Shown one piece after another: positions 58,710-64,000 of a stretch of 64,000 bases of DNA (position 1 is the stretch's first letter; each line of letters begins with the position of its first letter). Source of the DNA: an uncultured Desulfurococcales archaeon (GTDB taxonomy: Archaea; Thermoproteota; Thermoprotei_A; Sulfolobales; WANQ01). Location of the stretch: the NCBI GenBank assembly GCA_964467535.1, contig CAYXRT010000001.1, positions 86,036 to 150,035 on the forward strand. Reading direction: 5' to 3'. The notes beneath the pieces are model-generated. The model had not been told where the DNA came from and did not search any database. It saw nothing but the letters and a program-made list of their open reading frames with translations. A program made the position numbers and the translations under genes.

Positions 58710-59657
58710 TTATTTAGTTAAACGCTTCATTAGAACTAGCTCCTTACTTAATACTTCATGAGGGTATTTAGAGAAATAATTATGATATAATCGCTCTTCT
58801 ACGAGTATCCGTAATGTTTTAAACCCTAGCTTTTTCGAAAGACAAAACATGTAGTCTAGTACCAAAGGTATTTTACCTTCATCCCTAATCCATAATCCTA
58901 ATTTACCTTCATCCTTACCAGACCACAAGCTCTCTAAAACAAATACTGCTTGAAGCTCAGGTATATAGCCTTCTAAACCAACAATTCTATCTTCCTCAAT
59001 AGCGTAATCCCATAGGCTTTTAAGCCAAAACGTAAATGACGATTCTATTCTAGGTGATATAAATTCCAAATCCTTTACCTCATTGTAATGTTGAGGGAAG
59101 TCCATTATTTTATAACTGGGAGATTCTTTACTAATGGTAATGTTCTCGATGTTTATTTTGAGGTTAATTATATTGTATGCTATTTCATTTAATCCGCACT
59201 TCTTGTAGAAGTCTATAGCTTCTTTTGCTGGCCAAACACTAATTGTACGGCAATTATTTTTCCTTCGCTAATTCTATCGCTTTATTTATTAATGCTCTAC
59301 CTATACCTCTACGTCTATAATTTCTATGAACCTCTAAAACATCTATGAACGCTGTTCTTCCTAAAATACCCTTCTCTTCACCTATTAGAGCTCTAATTCT
59401 CCAACAACTTTACCATTCACCATAGCAACTAATGGATACTGTTTACTAGTCAGTATGTAGTTTAAATGTATGGATCAAGTTTCAATACTCATTCAGGGAC
59501 CTCCATGACTAAAACGTTCTTCAATACTAAGCTCCTCATATTTAGCCTCAACTTCTTTACCATTAACATACTTAAACCATTTATCCACGCTAGAGCAGTT
59601 GACGTCAACAATGCCTTTAACGTCATCTAAAGAAGCTTTTCTCACGTTAATATTCAT
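58710..59657 (-). pseudogene. GNAT N-acetyltransferase fused to a C-terminal domain, inactivated by two in-frame TGA codons and at least two frameshifts
   Basis: Minus-strand reading gives MNINVRKASLDDVKGIV...HGGP(TGA)MSIET(TGA)SIHL...VNGKVVGELEL/frameshift/IGEEKG...VHRNYRRRGIGRALINKAIELAKEK/frameshift in an A-run/NNCRTISVWPAKEAIDFYKKCG... This continues in frame into the listed ORF 58710..59105. Confidence 0.75.
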
Positions 59658-59695
59658 TACACCTCCCCAAATGATGTTTTCTAGTTGTCTTAAAA

Positions 59696-60328
59696 CTAAG
59701 CTAACATTTTCCTAACTCTAATACCTCTCTTTAATAGTAGATCTGCACATTGCTTACAGAAATACCTTGATTTACCATCAACCTCAAATACGCTATTACT
59801 AAAATTCATTACACACTTAGGTGTTAGGCAATGGTTTAAGCCAAGTACATGACCTACTTCGTGAATAACTTCTTTACATGTTCTTTCAATAAATTTATTA
59901 TAATCAGATTCAAGACCATAAAATTCGTTCCTGAGCCTCCTTAAGTAAACTACACATACCTTTAATACGCTAGATGCTTCACCGAAAACAAAGTTAAGGC
60001 CCCTAACATAGGCGTCGATATCTCCTATACCTACAACAACATCATAACCATAACCTTCGGTATTTCTATACAACCAATCTAGTATTTTATCGCTATTGTA
60101 TTGAGCTCTATGCCAATTATATACTGTAATAGGGGGTGAAAGTATAACACCATTAACATCAACTATTACTCTTTCAAATGTATCCTTTAGTACGGATACT
60201 ACATTATCAATTATACTTAGATCAATAGCTGTTAAAGGTTGTAGTAGTATTCTAAGAGCATCCATAAACCTGAACCCCTTTGACTCTCCAGCATAAAACT
60301 TAAACCTCCCCCATACATATACTATCAT
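59696..60328 (-). CDS. amzA: Archaemetzincin (peptidase M54)
   Basis: HEVGHVLGLNHC zinc site plus CVM...C..C second site. The real start may be Met at 60265, since the longer ORF abuts the tRNA-Phe gene. Confidence 0.8.
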   Translation of the reverse strand: MIVYVWGRFKFYAGESKGFRFMDALRILLQPLTAIDLSIIDNVVSVLKDTFERVIVDVNGVILSPPITVYNWHRAQYNSDKILDWLYRNTEGYGYDVVVGIGDIDAYVRGLNFVFGEASSVLKVCVVYLRRLRNEFYGLESDYNKFIERTCKEVIHEVGHVLGLNHCLTPKCVMNFSNSVFEVDGKSRYFCKQCADLLLKRGIRVRKMLA

Positions 60329-60331
60329 GAT

Positions 60332-60439
60332 GCCGCCGTAGCTCAGCCCGGGAGAGCGCCCGAGGAGACCTGGTTAATCAGGTCTCCGGCGAAGCTGAAG
60401 ACCGGGTTGTCCGGGGTTCAAATCCCCGCGGCGGCACCA
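60332..60439 (+). tRNA. tRNA-Phe(GAA) with a 31-nt intron at non-canonical position 30/31 (60363-60393); CCA encoded
   Basis: Acceptor GCCGCCG/CGGCGGC, D-arm GCUC-AGCCCGGGA-GAGC, spliced anticodon arm CCCG|G-CUGAAGA-CCGGG and T-arm CGGGG-UUCAAAU-CCCCG. A canonical hBHBh' motif surrounds both splice sites. Confidence 0.88.
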
Positions 60440-60532
60440 ATTCTCTGCTAATGATGTCTGTCATCCTGGATCTTGAAGTAATATTTATCAAACTTTAGGC
60501 TAATTAATTAATAGCTTCTGGGTGTTATTTCC

Positions 60533-61234
60533 ATGAAGGCCGCTATACTTGCAGGTGGTATGGGTAAAAGGCTTAGACCTCTTACACTCGAAAAACCAAA
60601 ACCTTTAGTTGAAGTTGCAGGCAAACCCATTATTGAATGGCAGATTACATGGCTTAAAAAGTATGGTGTTGATGAAATAGTACTCCTTGTAGGCTACATG
60701 AAGGAAAAACTTATTGAATACCTTGGTAGTGGCTCTAGACTTGGAGTAAGAATTACATATGTTGTGGAAGATGAACCTCTAGGAACTGCTGGAGCAATAA
60801 AAAATGCTGAAAGCGTTCTAAAAAGAGAAGACATATTCTTTGTAATTAATGGAGACATAATAACAAATCTTAACCCGTTAAAAATGGTTGAAGTAATTAA
60901 TCAACAACCAAATATAATAGCTATTATAGCAGCTGTCCCCCTTAGAAGCCCTTACGGAATACTTGAAATAGATGAAAAAGGATATATCAAGAAATTTATT
61001 GAAAAACCGTATCTCGAAGAATATTGGATTAATGCTGGTGTATATGTAATGAAACCAGAAATACTAGATCATCTTGTTGAGAGAGGAGATATAGAAAGAA
61101 CAACATTTCCAAAATTAGCTGAAGAAGGTAAAATAATGACATATAGATACAAGGGGGTATTCTGGAGAAGTATTGATACATATAAGGATGTAGAAGAGGT
61201 AAGTAAGGAAATCAAGAAGTTAAAAACACTATAA
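60533..61234 (+). CDS. Sugar-1-phosphate nucleotidylyltransferase (NDP-sugar pyrophosphorylase)
   Basis: MKAAILAGGMGKRLRPLTLEKPKPLV signature. 233 aa. Confidence 0.8.
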   Translation: MKAAILAGGMGKRLRPLTLEKPKPLVEVAGKPIIEWQITWLKKYGVDEIVLLVGYMKEKLIEYLGSGSRLGVRITYVVEDEPLGTAGAIKNAESVLKREDIFFVINGDIITNLNPLKMVEVINQQPNIIAIIAAVPLRSPYGILEIDEKGYIKKFIEKPYLEEYWINAGVYVMKPEILDHLVERGDIERTTFPKLAEEGKIMTYRYKGVFWRSIDTYKDVEEVSKEIKKLKTL

Positions 61235-61267
61235 TTTACATTAACACTAACTGAGGAATAGTAATTC

Positions 61268-62311
61268 ATGGTAATATTTGAAAAGCCTAGAGACATACTA
61301 TTCACACTACTCTTAGACCAAGGAATTACATCTATAGGTTCAAAAATAAAAGCTAAAGAGTTGCCAGTACTAAACAACAAATTCCAGCAATTAATAACGC
61401 ACATGCTATTATATGATAAGACTATAAAGATAGTGAAGGAAGGAGGATGGTGCCCGCTATATTCTGAGACATGGAATAATAAGGTCTTTACACTATGTAG
61501 GAGAAATGTAAGGGTATATATGAATACGAGTAGTGTAGACTCTGTTTATCCACACGAAAAGGGCGAAGGACTAATGATAGAGCTAAAACACCTATTATCT
61601 TTACTCCCCCAACCAGTGAAGCCTATATTTATAGTCGATTTAAGGTATTGGGATTTACTATTAGATAAAGAGAGAAATTTGCTATTAACTCAACTATCTT
61701 TCTCACTTTCAATCCTTAGAGAATATTTATGGGATTTAAATTTGGTGATCACATCAGCACCTAAAGGTATAATAGATAGAATAAAGCAGTTCATGGGACA
61801 TAATAAGGTGCAAATATATGTAGAAGGACCGGAAAGAGTACTCGAAAACTACAAATCAGATAAGGTAATTGTTCTAGACCCAAATGCTCCTAGACAGCTA
61901 ACCTCAAAAGACCTTGATGAAATTGAGGTATATATTCTTGGAGGAATAGTTGATAAAATTATACCAAGGCAGGGACTTACATCAACTCTAGCTAAAGAAC
62001 TAGGACTTGAGACTAGAAAAGTAACATTAAGAGGAAGCACAATAGGTGTACCCTGTAGAATAAATAAAATTATAGAAATAATCTTAAGAGCCAAATATGA
62101 TACCCCTAAAGATATAGACTTAGCAATAAAGCTTTCGCAATCAAGAATAGACGCTAGATGGAGGGCTCATAAAGAAATAATTGAATATGCTAAGAAATAT
62201 GGTAGGTTCACCATACCAAAAGAGCTATACTATGAATTATCAAAATGGCTTAACCTCACATGGAAAGACTTTATCCAAGCAGTGAAAATGGCAGGTATGG
62301 AAATAAAATAA
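61268..62311 (+). CDS. trm10: SPOUT-class tRNA methyltransferase, Trm10-like (m1G9/m1A9)
   Basis: The central region VIVLDPNA...EVYILGGIVDK...GVPCRINKIIEIIL resembles the Trm10 SPOUT core. Assignment from memory of family motifs only. Confidence 0.45.
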   Translation: MVIFEKPRDILFTLLLDQGITSIGSKIKAKELPVLNNKFQQLITHMLLYDKTIKIVKEGGWCPLYSETWNNKVFTLCRRNVRVYMNTSSVDSVYPHEKGEGLMIELKHLLSLLPQPVKPIFIVDLRYWDLLLDKERNLLLTQLSFSLSILREYLWDLNLVITSAPKGIIDRIKQFMGHNKVQIYVEGPERVLENYKSDKVIVLDPNAPRQLTSKDLDEIEVYILGGIVDKIIPRQGLTSTLAKELGLETRKVTLRGSTIGVPCRINKIIEIILRAKYDTPKDIDLAIKLSQSRIDARWRAHKEIIEYAKKYGRFTIPKELYYELSKWLNLTWKDFIQAVKMAGMEIK

Positions 62312-62403
62312 ACCTACTAGCTTATCCTGAAATAGACGAGGGATCAAGAAGGGTGAAATTAAATTTCTTCCAATAAATAATGCTATTAAAATAATCTGCT
62401 TTT

Positions 62404-63213
62404 CTAGATATTTACAAATATCCATTTCTTCTTACCTATAACCTCATAACCTAGCTTCTTGTAAACCTTTATTGCTGGTTCATTATCTTCCTCAACATGT
62501 AATAATGCTTTTGCACCACTATTTACTGCGTCTCTAGTTATTGCTGAAGTTACTATCTTACCGTATCCTTTGCCCCTATAATCTGGATGAGTATATACAT
62601 CACCGATGATCCATACTTCATTTGTTCTTAGGTACGTACAAGCTATAGATACCAGCTTATCGTCATGGAATACTCCATAATATCTCCACTTAATAATTAT
62701 GTTCTTAGCAAAATCTCTATCAACACGTCTACCTTGAACAGTCTTAAGCTCTATGAACTTATCAAGATCCTCAATGCTTAATCTTCTAGCTCTTTCAGGA
62801 TTATATGGTACAAACTTGTCTTCATCAGTAGCCATATCCAAGTAGCATTTAGTGCTTACTTTGGCATTCTTAGAGTGTAAGTAATTGAGTATTGAAGCTA
62901 CAAGAGAGTCGTCATAGACATGAATAATAGATTTATTGATGTAGGGTATGTATTTTATCAGGCTATGGGCTTGACCCCATATGTGTATACCTAAAATTCT
63001 AGGACCTTTCCATATCAGCAGGTATCCAACGATGTTATCATTACTTACAGCCATGTGTATGTCTGTATTGTCTATTTCATATATTAAGTCATAGAATAAG
63101 TATACATGTGTAAGTGAATCCTTCATGTATAGGTTAACGATATTCCTCCATAACTTATAATTTAGTTCTTTAAAGCTTCTACATTTTATGCTCATAACCT
63201 GAAACCTCACCAT
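62404..63213 (-). CDS. GNAT-family N-acetyltransferase
   Basis: C-terminal acetyl-CoA motif HPDYRGKGYGKIV...NEPAIKVYKKLGYE. Confidence 0.7.
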   Translation of the reverse strand: MVRFQVMSIKCRSFKELNYKLWRNIVNLYMKDSLTHVYLFYDLIYEIDNTDIHMAVSNDNIVGYLLIWKGPRILGIHIWGQAHSLIKYIPYINKSIIHVYDDSLVASILNYLHSKNAKVSTKCYLDMATDEDKFVPYNPERARRLSIEDLDKFIELKTVQGRRVDRDFAKNIIIKWRYYGVFHDDKLVSIACTYLRTNEVWIIGDVYTHPDYRGKGYGKIVTSAITRDAVNSGAKALLHVEEDNEPAIKVYKKLGYEVIGKKKWIFVNI

Positions 63214-63405
63214 TAAATCCTCCTTAAAAGTTATACATGATACGCTTAAGTATTTTTAATTGAGGAAGAATACTTTAAATTAAGGGTTGCCCCCATATTC
63301 TCTTCAGTTATCCTCATATGATTAGCTAAAATCTCTGATCTTCAAGCGAAGGTAAGTCTTAGACGCCTTATATTGTGTGTTGTATTTGAGTTAACTCAAT
63401 ACATT

Positions 63406-64000
63406 TTATTTAATGAAGAGCAAAGCCTTTACATAATCAATAGGGTTAATGAGCATCCCCAATGTTCTATGAAGGAAGTACCTGAATACTATGTAAAGTA
63501 AGGCTATGGTTAATATGAGAAGCAATGCTCTTGCTCCCTTACACCACTTGATTAAGGTTTTAGGAAGAGTTAGAGCAATGATGAAGGGTAGAGCGCAAGC
63601 TGATAATATCTCTACCGTTAATGTCATTGGTGAATATGTTGTTGATTTCACATATGGGTTATGCTTAATCTCAACTCTTAGTTTCTTTAAGGTCCCCCAA
63701 GTAACCTTCCTCACAGTAACATATACTCTGTAAGGTGATGATCCCTGAATCTTATCTATATCAATTGCTACATAGTCTGTAGCTACTTTAACAGCTGTCT
63801 TTACATTTTTATATACTTCATCAGCCCATAGAACCCTATTAGTGAAATCACATATTATGATTCTTAACTGAGCATACTTACTCCCTACCACTAGAGGATT
63901 AGGCTCTACAAATACTTCATAAGAAATAAGGATAGTGCCATTCCTCGGTGGATAAAAGCTTACGTAGACCTTACTAAGTCCTTCACCTTCAGCTAGTAAC
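63406..64000 (-). CDS. Hypothetical C-terminally membrane-anchored protein (5' end beyond the window)
   Basis: The frame stays open upstream of the listed GTG to the window edge (LLAEGEGLSKVYVSFYPPRNGTILISYEVFVEPNPL-VGSKY...). Two C-terminal hydrophobic helices. Confidence 0.4.
   Translation of the reverse strand, partial: LLAEGEGLSKVYVSFYPPRNGTILISYEVFVEPNPLVVGSKYAQLRIIICDFTNRVLWADEVYKNVKTAVKVATDYVAIDIDKIQGSSPYRVYVTVRKVTWGTLKKLRVEIKHNPYVKSTTYSPMTLTVEILSACALPFIIALTLPKTLIKWCKGARALLLILTIALLYIVFRYFLHRTLGMLINPIDYVKALLFIK

Noticed and set aside
59475-59495. Two in-frame TGA codons in the GNAT gene as selenocysteine or Trp recoding
   Set aside because: The same gene also carries two frameshifts. 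I noticed no SECIS-like structure, and TGA is used as a normal stop throughout the window.
1-64000. CRISPR arrays, rRNA genes, prophage or known defence-system gene sets
   Set aside because: On reading through the window I saw no regularly spaced repeats, no rRNA-like GC-rich blocks beyond the two tRNAs and the tnpB tail, and no cas, restriction, toxin-antitoxin or phage structural gene signatures. The NTase head of ORF 2875..4518 resembles MNT-type proteins, but it has no HEPN partner.

Overview
AT-rich archaeal chromosome segment that looks crenarchaeal and is almost fully coding. Supporting marks are the archaeal/eukaryal r-proteins S4e, L32e, L19e, L34e and L14e, Cbf5, RNase P Rpp29, an archaeal adenylate kinase, and tRNA introns with bulge-helix-bulge (BHB) motifs. 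Most of it is housekeeping. (1) A minus-strand methylmalonyl-CoA operon at 215-6414: meaB, a broken MBL hydrolase, a nucleotidyltransferase/kinase fusion, the mutase B12 subunit, the epimerase and the mutase large subunit. (2) ileS, dphB, a radical-SAM gene, thiI, cysS, asnS, mgtE, a MoxR/VWA pair, class II RNR, speE and others. (3) The L22-to-L15 ribosomal cluster followed by secY, adk, DUF106, L34e, cmk, L14e and cbf5 (37.5-51.4 kb). (4) tRNA-Ser(GGA) and tRNA-Phe(GAA), both intron-containing. (5) A small amidohydrolase/symporter cluster, thrB, a Cys/Met PLP enzyme, archease, archaemetzincin and Trm10-like genes. The unusual content is genome-dynamics related. A decayed IS607-family element (serine-recombinase tnpA with an in-frame TAG, frameshifted tnpB) lies between thiI and cysS, and its tnpB is split by a 697-bp insertion carrying an apparently intact double-motif LAGLIDADG homing endonuclease gene, a selfish element nested in a selfish element. 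An MBL-fold hydrolase gene inside the mcm operon is disrupted by a clean 420-bp internal inversion. A GNAT-fusion gene is a multi-lesion pseudogene. uS19 is separated from L22/S3. No CRISPR array, rRNA or recognisable defence island was seen.
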